Below are positions 1 to 8,916 of a stretch of 24,812 bases of DNA, in pieces. The notes beneath the pieces are model-generated. The model was not told where the DNA came from and made no database searches. It was given only the letters and a program-made list of their open reading frames with translations. Positions within the stretch are counted from its first letter, which is position 1. Each line of letters starts with the position of its first letter. This stretch comes from a virus (Duplodnaviria > Caudoviricetes). Both the position numbers and the translations under genes were made by a program. The DNA is taken from IMG/VR virus record IMGVR_UViG_3300032290_000117, positions 1 through 24,812 of that record. One strand, 5' to 3'.

Positions 1-120
1 ATCATCCAACACTTCCTTTACTTCCCCTGCCGTTCCTTTAATGTCTTTATAAAGTTGACAAGCCTTTTTCGCCAGAGCGATTGCGGTGTTGGCGGCGGCA
101 AGGAGGGTAAGCGGGTCAAT
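1..120 (-). CDS. 5' part of a phage hypothetical protein (I/M-DPLTLLAAANTAIALAKKACQLYKDIKGTAGEVKEVLDD...), runs off the window; apparent ATT start
   Basis: Manually read open frame starting immediately after the TAA of 121..462; AGGGG SD-like sequence 6 nt before ATT; MDP+hydrophobic-helix N-terminus resembles phage proteins found near lysis genes. Confidence 0.7.
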   Translation of the reverse strand, partial: MDPLTLLAAANTAIALAKKACQLYKDIKGTAGEVKEVLDD

Positions 121-462
121 TTAAAGCCCCTCTCCCGGAGTAACGTAGATAGTTGCGGTTCCAGAAGCAACAATGCCAGATACAAAACAAGTATTTCCGT
201 CACTGGCTTGCGCTGGCGTAGTGATAATGACTGTGCCATTGTTGTGCAACACAAAACCATAGGCAGGTGTGCCAGCAACAGGAATAACGGCTGCATCCGA
301 TGCGCTTGTGCCTACGCGAACAAATACTTCTGCGGCAGTTCCATTATGAATTCGCAACTGGTTGCTTGGATTGTCAGCCAGTATAGCTACTGTGTTTGCA
401 GAAGTAGTCAGGTTGATACGGGTAGTTTTCCCTTTAACCTGAAACGGTATGTTATTAGCCAT
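121..462 (-). CDS. Small beta-rich putative virion protein, paralog of 9973..10293
   Basis: 113 aa; shares NQxRxxN-G..VF and the C-terminal ASGTxxIYx(T/S)PG(E/D)GL with the 106-aa protein; coupled to the upstream stop. Confidence 0.75.
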   Translation of the reverse strand: MANNIPFQVKGKTTRINLTTSANTVAILADNPSNQLRIHNGTAAEVFVRVGTSASDAAVIPVAGTPAYGFVLHNNGTVIITTPAQASDGNTCFVSGIVASGTATIYVTPGEGL

Positions 463-668
463 CAGTACACCTTTTTCTGGCCTTTAACCATATCAGTCGG
501 GCTGTTCTTGCGATCACTAGAACCGCTGAAACACCACATAGACTGAAAGCCACCTTTAGGCAGAGTTCCAGACTTGTAATAGGGATCACCGTTAGCACTC
601 ATATCGGAAGGCAACTGAGGACGCATCGCTGTACCGACTTGCTGGTTATTCGTTTGATACTTTTTCAT
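462..668 (-). CDS. Hypothetical protein (68 aa)
   Basis: AGGAG SD upstream of ATG; TGATG coupling to the next gene. Confidence 0.7.
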   Translation of the reverse strand: MKKYQTNNQQVGTAMRPQLPSDMSANGDPYYKSGTLPKGGFQSMWCFSGSSDRKNSPTDMVKGQKKVY

Positions 669-861
669 CGTTTAAACTCCTGTCTTTACGCAAAACCAAA
701 AAGGTAAATATGGAAAAGATACATAACGCAACCAATCTTTCCCATTGCGGCCCCCACATCGCCCACGAAGTCATACCGCAAACCATGCCTAAAGCCAAAA
801 ATACTATTAACCTGCCAGCCAATACAGTAAGTGCGATTCTGATAATAGAAGTAGCATCCAT
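646..861 (-). CDS. Small membrane protein with about 2 TM helices, holin-like candidate
   Basis: Hydrophobic segments LIVFLALGMVCGMTSWAMW and LVALCIFSIFTFLVL followed by a charged C-tail; AGGGGA SD. Holin role is inference. Confidence 0.6.
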   Translation of the reverse strand: MDATSIIRIALTVLAGRLIVFLALGMVCGMTSWAMWGPQWERLVALCIFSIFTFLVLRKDRSLNDEKVSNE

Positions 862-890
862 GAATATCCCCTTATAACAATGGTATTCGG

Positions 891-919
891 ATAATACTAC
901 TCATCTTCATCAGTTGCAA
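891..919 (-). promoter_or_regulatory. Sigma70-like promoter TTGCAA-N17-TATTAT for the left-hand gene cluster
   Basis: Minus strand TTGCAA ctgatgaagatgagtag TATTAT, 17-nt spacer, ending in the intergenic gap before 646..861. Confidence 0.55.
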
Positions 920-1100
920 ACCCACTTCCCCACTCGTCATCTGTTAGCTTAAGTTTAATAGCTTCCAGCTTCAAAGCTCGGTCTATAACTTTCATCTTCT
1001 CCGTAATGCTGGCGGTAGTATCTGCCATCACTTCTTTCAAAGACTTACTGATTGCTTCTTCAAGTTCAGGATTTATCCCCTTATCCTTTTTCCTGCTCAT
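897..1100 (-). CDS. Hypothetical helical protein with acidic tail (67 aa)
   Basis: ATGA overlap with 1097..1246; helical charged composition. Confidence 0.75.
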   Translation of the reverse strand: MSRKKDKGINPELEEAISKSLKEVMADTTASITEKMKVIDRALKLEAIKLKLTDDEWGSGFATDEDE

Positions 1101-1246
1101 CGCATACGGCCTCTAGTTTCTTTCTTTGCTTTACGTGCAACGCTATAAGCAATAGCAACGGCTTGCTTTTGAGGCTTGCCGCGCTTCATCTCTTTGGAAA
1201 TGTTCTTGCTCATAGACTTCTGGCTGAAACCTTTAATCATTGGCAT
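1097..1246 (-). CDS. Small basic phage protein MPMIKGFSQKSMSKNISKEMKRGKPQKQAVAIAYSVARKAKKETRGRMR (49 aa; not in ORF track)
   Basis: Manually translated; AGGAG SD; ATGA overlap downstream; the KPQKQAVAIA motif is typical of a widespread small phage protein family. Confidence 0.85.
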   Translation of the reverse strand: MPMIKGFSQKSMSKNISKEMKRGKPQKQAVAIAYSVARKAKKETRGRMR

Positions 1247-1255
1247 AGCAGTCTC

Positions 1256-1426
1256 CTAGCGTTTCATCTTACGGTTGCCCATACGCTGCGGCATAGATGG
1301 CTTGAGAGTGCGGCCTAGATTCTTCTGAGCCTCAGCAGAGCCACGAACCTCATTCTCGCCAGCACGACGAGTATCTTCTTCCATCTGACGCATTTCCTGC
1401 TTTGAGTAATCTTTACCGTACATCAT
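1256..1426 (-). CDS. Small protein MMYGKDYSKQEMRQMEEDTRRAGENEVRGSAEAQKNLGRTLKPSMPQRMGNRKMKR (56 aa; not in ORF track)
   Basis: TAATG overlap with the stop of 1426..3717; AGGAG upstream; fills the gap exactly. Confidence 0.75.
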   Translation of the reverse strand: MMYGKDYSKQEMRQMEEDTRRAGENEVRGSAEAQKNLGRTLKPSMPQRMGNRKMKR

Positions 1427-3717
1427 TATCTTGCTCCTAAGTTGGGCGCAGCAGAGTTAATTTGACCACGCTGGTTTATTACATCCCCGATAGTGTTGAT
1501 TGTTCCAGTTACAGCTCTAGGAATTGCTGGAATACCATAACCAACAATTGCATTTTTGATTAATCTACCCATTAACGTCAACTTCTCAGTTTCACCAATC
1601 GAAACATTAGCAATTTCATCTAGTTGGCGACTAATTTGATCCGCTTCTTTCCTACCTATTAAGCCAGTTCTTAACAAAGAATCTTTCAGGCTTTCTTCAT
1701 AAAAAAGTTTAGTTCCAAAAACACCCTGTTCAGCCCGGTTAGCTAATACCTGACGCACAGACTCACCTAGTATTTGCCTACCATTAGGAGTTGCGGCAAT
1801 AGCAGGAGCTATACGATCCCACAGCGTTCTATCATTAGACGAAATGATCTGACTTATACGCTTAGCAGGTTCAGCGGTTCCTAGAATCCTGTTCGCTTCT
1901 TCCTGCGCTTGCTCAGTTACCTTGCGAGCTTCTTCAGCACCAAGTTTAGGGGCTTCTTTAACCTCACCAGTAGCCAATTTTTCCTCTACGCCTAGTCGTT
2001 TTTCTACCTTGGTAGCGCCAGCAGCCCTAGCTTCAGCACGTTCTAAGTTAGTTATGTAAGCCTCTGCCGATCTACGCACGTTAGGCAACGCACTGAGGAA
2101 GTCAGAGTTCTGCTTACTGGTAAGCCATGTTCTAGCAGCGGAAGCATCCTTGCCATTTAAGTTCTTAGCCACAAAGTCGGCTGCTGCACGTTCAACTAAA
2201 GCCGCATCACCCACCAACTCTATAGCGTCAGCAACAGACTGTCTGCTGTTAAAGAATGTGCCCGGCAAAGACTTATCATCAGTAGCAAACTTGGTTGCAT
2301 CTATACGATCCATAGCGGTAGCTTTAGCACCCGCCTTGGTTTTGAACTTGTCTATCAAGCGAGAAGCAATCTCATAATCTCTTTGCAGAACATCTTGAGC
2401 TTCACCAGCATACTTAGACTGAATGTTGCTAAGCTTTATGTAATAGTCTTCAGCAACCTTGCGGGTTAAACCCTCGTAGCCAGCAACTTCTTTACCAAAC
2501 GCAACATCACCAAGCTTGCGGCGTACAGCGTCCAAAGCTTCAAACGAACTTGGGTAAGTCTTATAAACAGGATTACCTTGTTCATTTACTCCAGCCATTA
2601 CTCTGCGACCACTTACGGCCTCATAGATATTGTTGTAAGCATTTAGCAATCCCTTCTCCGTAACAGGAGCAGTAGTTTGCTTTCTTGCTTCCTGACCTAT
2701 CAGCAACTTGCTGCGTAGATCACTAATCATTGTTTTGAATTCAGGCAATGAATTAACAAGAATGCCGTTGTCTTCTTTTGCTCGTACTGCATCATCGCGT
2801 ATTTTTTTTTGCTCTAAGTAAGCATTAGACCTATTCAATGATTGCTCATCAAACCTAGCAACAATCCTATCTCTTAGGGTTCTACCAACGTCTGATAGTT
2901 CGCGTGTAGCGTCACCAAGATTACGTAACGAATCTTTAGCGCGTTGCAGGATAGTTGCTTTTGTTTCTGTTACTTCACCACTTAGGCCAGCAAAACCTTT
3001 TGCTCTACGTTGAGCTTCTAATCCTTCACGGGTTCCTGCGCGTTCTATTGTTCGTGCTTCAAATTCAGCCGCACCTGTCATTGTCTGCACATCTTTAGCT
3101 AGAACGTCATAGAGCTTTTTCTGTGCCTCAGTAGTAAACGGGGCCTGACGCAATTCGTTAATACGCCGCATTACTTCTTCACGCTTAGCACCAGCAAGAT
3201 TAGCAGCGCCAACATCATCCATCACACTACGCAATGCCATACGAGCATTGGCGGCAGTAGGAGAGACTGTTCTTAGTAAGCCAGATACGCCTCTAGCGCC
3301 AGTAGTAAGTATTTCTATGGGCGCAAGACTTCCTAATATTCTTGCAGACTCAGCAATAGGGGCAGGAGCGCCAGCTAACTCAGCTACTTGACCAGCAGTC
3401 TCACCAGTAGCGCCACTAAATCCGCCAGCCAGTAAACCTACACCACGTTGTTTTGCCCCTCTTAAACTAGGAACAGCAGCTTGCATAGCTCTACCAGCCA
3501 TTTGTACAGGCTTATAGGGAACCTTCTCTAGTAACTGACCAGTACCCATAGCTATTTCTGGAGTGAAAGCACCAGCAGCCGCACCAAATCCAGTGGACGT
3601 AACAATATCCCCAACACGATCCCTAATTCCTTTTTCGCGTTTAGGGGCAACAGGTTCGCTTTCGTACTCAATACGACCACGAACGGGCTGCGGAGTGTCT
3701 TCGTATTCGATAGCCAT
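1426..3717 (-). CDS. Putative internal virion/DNA ejection protein (763 aa)
   Basis: Last large gene of the post-tail cluster; G/A-rich N-terminal helices followed by a long charged helical region, as in P22/T7-type ejection proteins. Confidence 0.65.
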   Translation of the reverse strand: MAIEYEDTPQPVRGRIEYESEPVAPKREKGIRDRVGDIVTSTGFGAAAGAFTPEIAMGTGQLLEKVPYKPVQMAGRAMQAAVPSLRGAKQRGVGLLAGGFSGATGETAGQVAELAGAPAPIAESARILGSLAPIEILTTGARGVSGLLRTVSPTAANARMALRSVMDDVGAANLAGAKREEVMRRINELRQAPFTTEAQKKLYDVLAKDVQTMTGAAEFEARTIERAGTREGLEAQRRAKGFAGLSGEVTETKATILQRAKDSLRNLGDATRELSDVGRTLRDRIVARFDEQSLNRSNAYLEQKKIRDDAVRAKEDNGILVNSLPEFKTMISDLRSKLLIGQEARKQTTAPVTEKGLLNAYNNIYEAVSGRRVMAGVNEQGNPVYKTYPSSFEALDAVRRKLGDVAFGKEVAGYEGLTRKVAEDYYIKLSNIQSKYAGEAQDVLQRDYEIASRLIDKFKTKAGAKATAMDRIDATKFATDDKSLPGTFFNSRQSVADAIELVGDAALVERAAADFVAKNLNGKDASAARTWLTSKQNSDFLSALPNVRRSAEAYITNLERAEARAAGATKVEKRLGVEEKLATGEVKEAPKLGAEEARKVTEQAQEEANRILGTAEPAKRISQIISSNDRTLWDRIAPAIAATPNGRQILGESVRQVLANRAEQGVFGTKLFYEESLKDSLLRTGLIGRKEADQISRQLDEIANVSIGETEKLTLMGRLIKNAIVGYGIPAIPRAVTGTINTIGDVINQRGQINSAAPNLGAR

Positions 3718-5219
3718 TATCGTGCCCTATAAGTAGCGTTTCTACCGCCAACATTAATTGGCGTTCCATCTTGAATAGTTCCAGCTTGAAACGCTGCATT
3801 TGCTTCTGCTTCACTTGCAAACGATGGGCGTTGTGTTGCTCCACCACCAGCGGCAGGTTGTTCGCTGGTTCTAACTGAATAGTTTTCGTTAGGATTAACC
3901 ATCGTTGGCGTACCGGGGGTCAGTGAGCCTGAAATGTCTGGAGCGTTATACAGACCGCGAATAGCGTTAATCTTTTGACCTACTCGGCGTTCCATACCGT
4001 CTAACTTGTTAAGCATCTGTTGCTGTGAATCACCCGGCTGCGGCACAACTCCGTAGTTACGCAATGCTTCACCACCAGTAACGGCTTTACCAGAAATAGT
4101 CAGGTAGTAGTTGTTACGCATATCCCTAACTTCCGTTAAGAACTTGGCTAACTTGTCTGGCATTTGACGCTGCATTACCTGAGAAATGGCTTTGCCGCCT
4201 TCTTCTGACAAGAAAGACTCTACTCCGTACTGTTTAATTTGCTGAACAAGCTGCGGGTCTTGCAGTTGATTCTTCAAAGAACTAATGTCAACACGAAGCT
4301 GGTTGTCAGCAATGTAAGCCTCTTGCAGCTTGGCTGGCATTTTTATACCGCTAGGAGTACCTTTTAGTTCAGCAAGCGCTCTTGTCTGTGCCATTTGAGC
4401 AAGACGCAAACGCTCCTGTTGCTGCAATTCTTTTTCTTTAAACTGACGATCTTGTGCTTGTTTAAACTGGTCGTTAGACATTTTGACAAGAGAATCAACA
4501 TCCTTGCCTGTCTGGACAACAGTTTCCAACGCAGCCATATCGCCATTCTTCTTGCGTTTGAGATCAAGAAGGTCAGAACCAGACTTGGCTAATGCTATTT
4601 CAATAGCAGTCTCACCAGCCTTAAAATCTTGCTGTTTAAGCTGAATAGCCTCTGTTAGTTCTTGCTGTAGGGTTTGAACCTTTGTTTGCAAAGCTTTGAG
4701 ATTCTTGTCAAACATATCGCGCTCACGCTTATAAACGTCAGCACGACCTCTTTTATAACCTTCCAGCATCCCGTTCATGCCAGACATAGCAGCATAAGCA
4801 TTGTCTTTAGCTCCACCACCTATAGCCATGCCAATAATTCCAACAAGACTAAAAATAGTAGCTATATCTTGTGCGTTTTCTTTTGTTGGAACAAACGCAG
4901 CATTATTTAATTCTTCTCTAGCAAGATTTAGATTAGCGCGTTCAGGCAGTTCACGTAACTCTGTAGCTTGAACCTGTTGCAAAGACTGTTTTTGCTCTAA
5001 ACCAGAAACCTTTTGTTCTTGCTCTTTACCAGCAAGTTGAGATTCTGTGTCTGCAAGGCTTTGGCGCAGTCTTAGTTCCTCGCCTCGACGCTCTTGCATG
5101 GCAGGAAACATCTCGCCAGCCGTAATCTGTGCCGGGTCTTTGCCTGTAGCTTTACTCATCACCCTAGACGTTATGGGCAAGGATGATAAGCCTAGTGCAG
5201 AATCTAGTGCAGTAGCCAT
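3717..5219 (-). CDS. Putative ejection protein (500 aa), coiled-coil with a hydrophobic G/A segment
   Basis: Q/E/K-rich coiled coils; IATIFSLVGIIGMAIGGG potential membrane-inserting segment; position in the cluster. Confidence 0.65.
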   Translation of the reverse strand: MATALDSALGLSSLPITSRVMSKATGKDPAQITAGEMFPAMQERRGEELRLRQSLADTESQLAGKEQEQKVSGLEQKQSLQQVQATELRELPERANLNLAREELNNAAFVPTKENAQDIATIFSLVGIIGMAIGGGAKDNAYAAMSGMNGMLEGYKRGRADVYKRERDMFDKNLKALQTKVQTLQQELTEAIQLKQQDFKAGETAIEIALAKSGSDLLDLKRKKNGDMAALETVVQTGKDVDSLVKMSNDQFKQAQDRQFKEKELQQQERLRLAQMAQTRALAELKGTPSGIKMPAKLQEAYIADNQLRVDISSLKNQLQDPQLVQQIKQYGVESFLSEEGGKAISQVMQRQMPDKLAKFLTEVRDMRNNYYLTISGKAVTGGEALRNYGVVPQPGDSQQQMLNKLDGMERRVGQKINAIRGLYNAPDISGSLTPGTPTMVNPNENYSVRTSEQPAAGGGATQRPSFASEAEANAAFQAGTIQDGTPINVGGRNATYRAR

Positions 5220-6352
5220 TAACGCTCACCTCCAGATTGAACAGGCATACCAGCAGCAATACTAGCCATGTTAGTAAAGTATGTATTAGAAAGACCAGCC
5301 GCATAGCGGTCAGCTTCTAAACCTGTACGTATAGCGCCTAACATTAACTGGTCGCCAATATTGCTAATCTTCTGTCCGTAATCATACTGATTTTGTAGCA
5401 GGTTTTGACGGAAAGCTTCTACTTGTGCAGCAGCCTGTGCAGCGCCCACACCGCCTCTAGCTTCAGCGCCTTGTGCCAATCTAGCACGTAGAGCTTGTAG
5501 CTGTTGCTGTCCTGCTGCGGTCAACTCACCGCTTTCTGCTTGTTGAGTCAACTGTTGACCACGCTGTTGATACGGACGAGCTAATGCTTCTGTATCACGA
5601 CGAGCTTGACGGCCTTGCTCTGACGCTTCTCTAGAAGCCATGATTCCCTGTATGGTTCCTATGCCAGCCAAACCTAAACGAGCAAGAGCTTCTTTAGATA
5701 AGCCTGTAGCAGCAGAGGCACGATCCATCATGCCGGGAGCGCCTCTTTCTCTAGCCAACTCTCTATCTGCCGCCATTCTTGCATCTAGGGAAGCAGGGCC
5801 AAGAGTAGATACTCCCGGACGTTCAGGAATAGTTAATTCTGGCGCTAAAGCACGACCACCAATATCAAAACCTTCACGACCACCGTCCATACGAACGCCA
5901 CGTATGTCAGGAATATTTGGCTGTATTTGACCGCTAAATCTATCAGGAGAAGGAGCGTTGTCAATATTGTACGACTCCATTGCTGGATTAAAAGAATATT
6001 GCGTTGGGGAATAATCGCTAGAACCAAACGTAGGAGCAGAATCAAAATTAAAATTCATGTCTTGATTTGCTAGTCTTGTATTATTACTTGCGACTGATTG
6101 GTCGTAATCAGCGCCGTAACCAGAGCCGTAATCAGCAATGCTGAAATATTCTGGCAATCCAGTAACAGGGTTTCGTTCTTCTGCGCCACCCATGTTTTTC
6201 AGCATCTCAGCTTCTTTAGCATTGATGTGCGCTAGGATAGTGTCGCCGCGCCTTCCTTGTGATTGTAAAAATTGTGCAATAGCTGGTATATCTATATCAG
6301 CCATAACATCGGTTTTTAACAGTCTAGCAATTTGTTTTGACATTTTAGCCAC
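5219..6352 (-). CDS. Putative ejection/pilot protein (377 aa)
   Basis: N-terminal GRRGDTILAHIN...EAEMLK..GG....NPVTGLPEYF motif that recurs in podophage internal proteins; A/Q-rich C-terminal helices. Confidence 0.65.
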   Translation of the reverse strand: MAKMSKQIARLLKTDVMADIDIPAIAQFLQSQGRRGDTILAHINAKEAEMLKNMGGAEERNPVTGLPEYFSIADYGSGYGADYDQSVASNNTRLANQDMNFNFDSAPTFGSSDYSPTQYSFNPAMESYNIDNAPSPDRFSGQIQPNIPDIRGVRMDGGREGFDIGGRALAPELTIPERPGVSTLGPASLDARMAADRELARERGAPGMMDRASAATGLSKEALARLGLAGIGTIQGIMASREASEQGRQARRDTEALARPYQQRGQQLTQQAESGELTAAGQQQLQALRARLAQGAEARGGVGAAQAAAQVEAFRQNLLQNQYDYGQKISNIGDQLMLGAIRTGLEADRYAAGLSNTYFTNMASIAAGMPVQSGGER

Positions 6353-8327
6353 CCAATTCGTCTTTAAGTCTCAAGGATTCTACGTTCCAAACATTCCTGC
6401 GTCTGCCTAATCCACTACCAAACAAAGCATCACCCGGATCACCAACACTTAATGCTTGTGATAAAGCTTGCATACTTGCTGCTTCTCTCTCATTTGGTGT
6501 ACGTTGATTTCGTTGTGTATTTTGAAATCTACCACCGCCACCTAACAATCCAAGCAATACCGTGTTGTTTGTTTGTCTTTGACCAGCAGGTTCTTCTTGC
6601 GGCGTATCTTGTGCGCTTTCTGTTATTAACCTTTGCGGTTCAGAAACTTCTTCTTCATCTCTTTGTGCAACTGTTTCTCTTGGAGGAAGTTCTCCCCCTC
6701 TATCAAATCCTGCCCCACCAGATACATCAACTTGAAGTGGCTTTTGACCAGCTCTAACTGTACGAAGTAATGAAATTGTAGGAATTTCTTCTATTGGTTG
6801 TCCACCAACACCATAAATATCAACTTGCAACGGAGATTCTTGTTGCCTAACCGTTGAAACTCCAAAATCATCACCTTGTTTGCGCTGACCAGTTTGTGTG
6901 CCAACAAGACTAGAAGGTAAAATTTCTTGAGAAGCATTAAGCGTTTTTAATGATGGCCTAGATTTACTAAGTACCTTTCCCTCTCCAGTACCATACTCAT
7001 AATAAAATTGATTTGTATCTGTATCATAAAGAATTGTGTAACCAACTTTGTTACCTAAAGGTGTTTCAGTAATAACTCTTTTTTCATAAGTAACATTTCC
7101 ATCTTTATCTGTATATTGAATAATATTTTCGCCAACCTCACCCGGCATTGTTCTAAATTCTTGCTTTGCTGCAATTTCAGAAGGGGCTTGAGAAAACGAT
7201 CCTACTTCTCCAGAAGTTAGTCCAGCAACTTCTTGCCTTGTCATGTATCCAAGAGTTTTACGTTGTTCTAACGGCAAATTAAATGCTTCTTCTGCAATTG
7301 CCTTTTTAACGTTCGCTTTTTGTTCTTCTGTGGCATAACCAGAAAAAGCAGCGGCAGCAGCCTCAAGATCGCTTTTACCAGCAATCTTTGCTTGAATATA
7401 TTCACCAGCCGCATTTGCAAACGAAGGGTCTTTATATTTATTTTGAATATTTGTGGCAATAGCGCCAGCAACAGCACCAGCAGCCATGTTTTTAGCAATA
7501 TTTTGCTCTGTTATTGTGGCGTATGTACCTTGCCTAGCGGCATTAAAAATAGCGCTTTGAAGTTCAGGGTTTCCTATTGCTTGAACTGCTTTATTAAAAT
7601 CATCAACCACTCCAATGCCAGTAGTTTTACCATCTGTTAATGGCCCGAATTGATTGGCAGCTATTGTTCCTACAATGCCACGAATAATGTCTTCACCTTT
7701 TGCGCCTTGTGCATACGAGCTTGCGGCGCTAACTGCTAATTGTGCCCCTAAAGGTAAACCTCCCGTAACAATACCAGCAGCAACATTTGTAATTATTGGA
7801 GTTGCTTTGTCTAAAAAACCAAGAACGCCACCACGTTCTCTATTGTTTCTTTCAAATGCACTGAGTTGGAGAGTATTTCTATCGTTAGCAGATTGCGAAA
7901 AAATAGAATTAAACTCATCTCCGCTAACGTAATTTTTTGTTTTATCAGCTAACTCTTTAATTTTTGCTTCAAAATTAGCCTTAAAAACTTCCATTCCTTT
8001 AGGCGTGTAGCTAGAGGATTGCCAAGAAGTATCAACGTAATCACTAGCTAACTTTCTAATTTCAGCAATAGCATTATCTTTAGTGTAAGAAGCAACAGCT
8101 TGTTGAGTTTGTTCTTCGTTTAATATTTTCTTAGTTACGGGGTCAGTTGATCCTCCCGGATAAGCTAATATTTTATTTATGTTGTTTGCACCACCGATTT
8201 TTACATTAAGAGCATTAGCATAAATTTGATAGTTGCCATCATTCCAAGACGCAATACCATAATCATTGGGATTGAGTTTTAAAGATGCTATTCTTTGTCT
8301 TGCTTGATTTGCTGTTAATGTTTCCAT
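6345..8327 (-). CDS. Putative internal virion protein (660 aa)
   Basis: Long ORF with A/G-rich amphipathic middle and a disordered C-terminal part; first of four coupled large genes; visibly more AT-rich than its left neighbours. Confidence 0.55.
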   Translation of the reverse strand: METLTANQARQRIASLKLNPNDYGIASWNDGNYQIYANALNVKIGGANNINKILAYPGGSTDPVTKKILNEEQTQQAVASYTKDNAIAEIRKLASDYVDTSWQSSSYTPKGMEVFKANFEAKIKELADKTKNYVSGDEFNSIFSQSANDRNTLQLSAFERNNRERGGVLGFLDKATPIITNVAAGIVTGGLPLGAQLAVSAASSYAQGAKGEDIIRGIVGTIAANQFGPLTDGKTTGIGVVDDFNKAVQAIGNPELQSAIFNAARQGTYATITEQNIAKNMAAGAVAGAIATNIQNKYKDPSFANAAGEYIQAKIAGKSDLEAAAAAFSGYATEEQKANVKKAIAEEAFNLPLEQRKTLGYMTRQEVAGLTSGEVGSFSQAPSEIAAKQEFRTMPGEVGENIIQYTDKDGNVTYEKRVITETPLGNKVGYTILYDTDTNQFYYEYGTGEGKVLSKSRPSLKTLNASQEILPSSLVGTQTGQRKQGDDFGVSTVRQQESPLQVDIYGVGGQPIEEIPTISLLRTVRAGQKPLQVDVSGGAGFDRGGELPPRETVAQRDEEEVSEPQRLITESAQDTPQEEPAGQRQTNNTVLLGLLGGGGRFQNTQRNQRTPNEREAASMQALSQALSVGDPGDALFGSGLGRRRNVWNVESLRLKDELGG

Positions 8328-8345
8328 TTTTATCTCAAAAGATAA

Positions 8346-8696
8346 TTAACCCGACTCAGAAATTCCTAAAGCTGCAACTATCTGAACATGAATGTAATAG
8401 TGATTAGCTATCCAATCATAAAAAGCTTCTTCCTTGTTCCAATCCACATCAAGCAAGTTAAAAGGATTGTTCAAGTCTAAATAACCAGCAAACGATTGAT
8501 GCTCTACCTGATGCGCTAATAACCAATCATCCAGATTGTCAGGGTTTGCTTCCATTAACGGAAACGCTGGAACTGTTTTTCCTTGCTCCATTAAAATCTC
8601 ACGGAATAACTTATGCTGCATTCCGTTCTCAAACAAGAACCCTTGTAAGGAATCAACATCGCCATACTTGACGATGCTTAATTCATCCATATTCAC
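8346..8696 (-). CDS. Acidic His-motif protein (116 aa), possibly metal-binding
   Basis: Repeated DWxxxHxxxH motifs; ATGA-type overlap with 8693..8914. Confidence 0.75.
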   Translation of the reverse strand: MNMDELSIVKYGDVDSLQGFLFENGMQHKLFREILMEQGKTVPAFPLMEANPDNLDDWLLAHQVEHQSFAGYLDLNNPFNLLDVDWNKEEAFYDWIANHYYIHVQIVAALGISESG

Positions 8697-8914
8697 TTGT
8701 CAGCCTTGTTTTCAAGACGATCAAATATCTTGCCTAGCATTCCCTTTATTTCAGTAATATCTGTTTTGTAATCATCTTTGCTTACATAAATATGCGGTAT
8801 CTCACGAATATCGTCATCTATACGATTAAGCATTCTTGTAATGTTGTTTAACGTCCAGCCACCAAAGAACGCAGCTACACCCACAACAAAATTAAATAAA
8901 GATTGTCCGTCCAT
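8693..8914 (-). CDS. Single-TM plus coiled-coil small protein (73 aa)
   Basis: LFNFVVGVAAFFGGWTL TM followed by heptad-like YVSKDDYKTDITEIKGMLGKIFDRLENKADK, a common phage small membrane protein type. Confidence 0.75.
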   Translation of the reverse strand: MDGQSLFNFVVGVAAFFGGWTLNNITRMLNRIDDDIREIPHIYVSKDDYKTDITEIKGMLGKIFDRLENKADK

Positions 8915-8916
8915 GT

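Noticed and set aside
18-296. 92-aa minus-strand ORF and other nested alternative-frame minus ORFs (4364..4567, 10654..10842, 16317..16514, 18062..18331, 22025..22555)
   Set aside because: Out-of-frame overlaps with better genes; the 1..120 frame explains the left end better.
1426-8327. Tape measure protein or virion lytic transglycosylase/RNA polymerase domain in the large genes
   Set aside because: No tail tube or chaperone context and no recognisable catalytic motifs by eye; a profile search would be needed to exclude remote domains.
8330-8345. TTATCT-tttg-AGATAA hairpin over the RBS of the 660-aa gene
   Set aside because: A 6-bp AT-rich stem is too weak to distinguish from chance.
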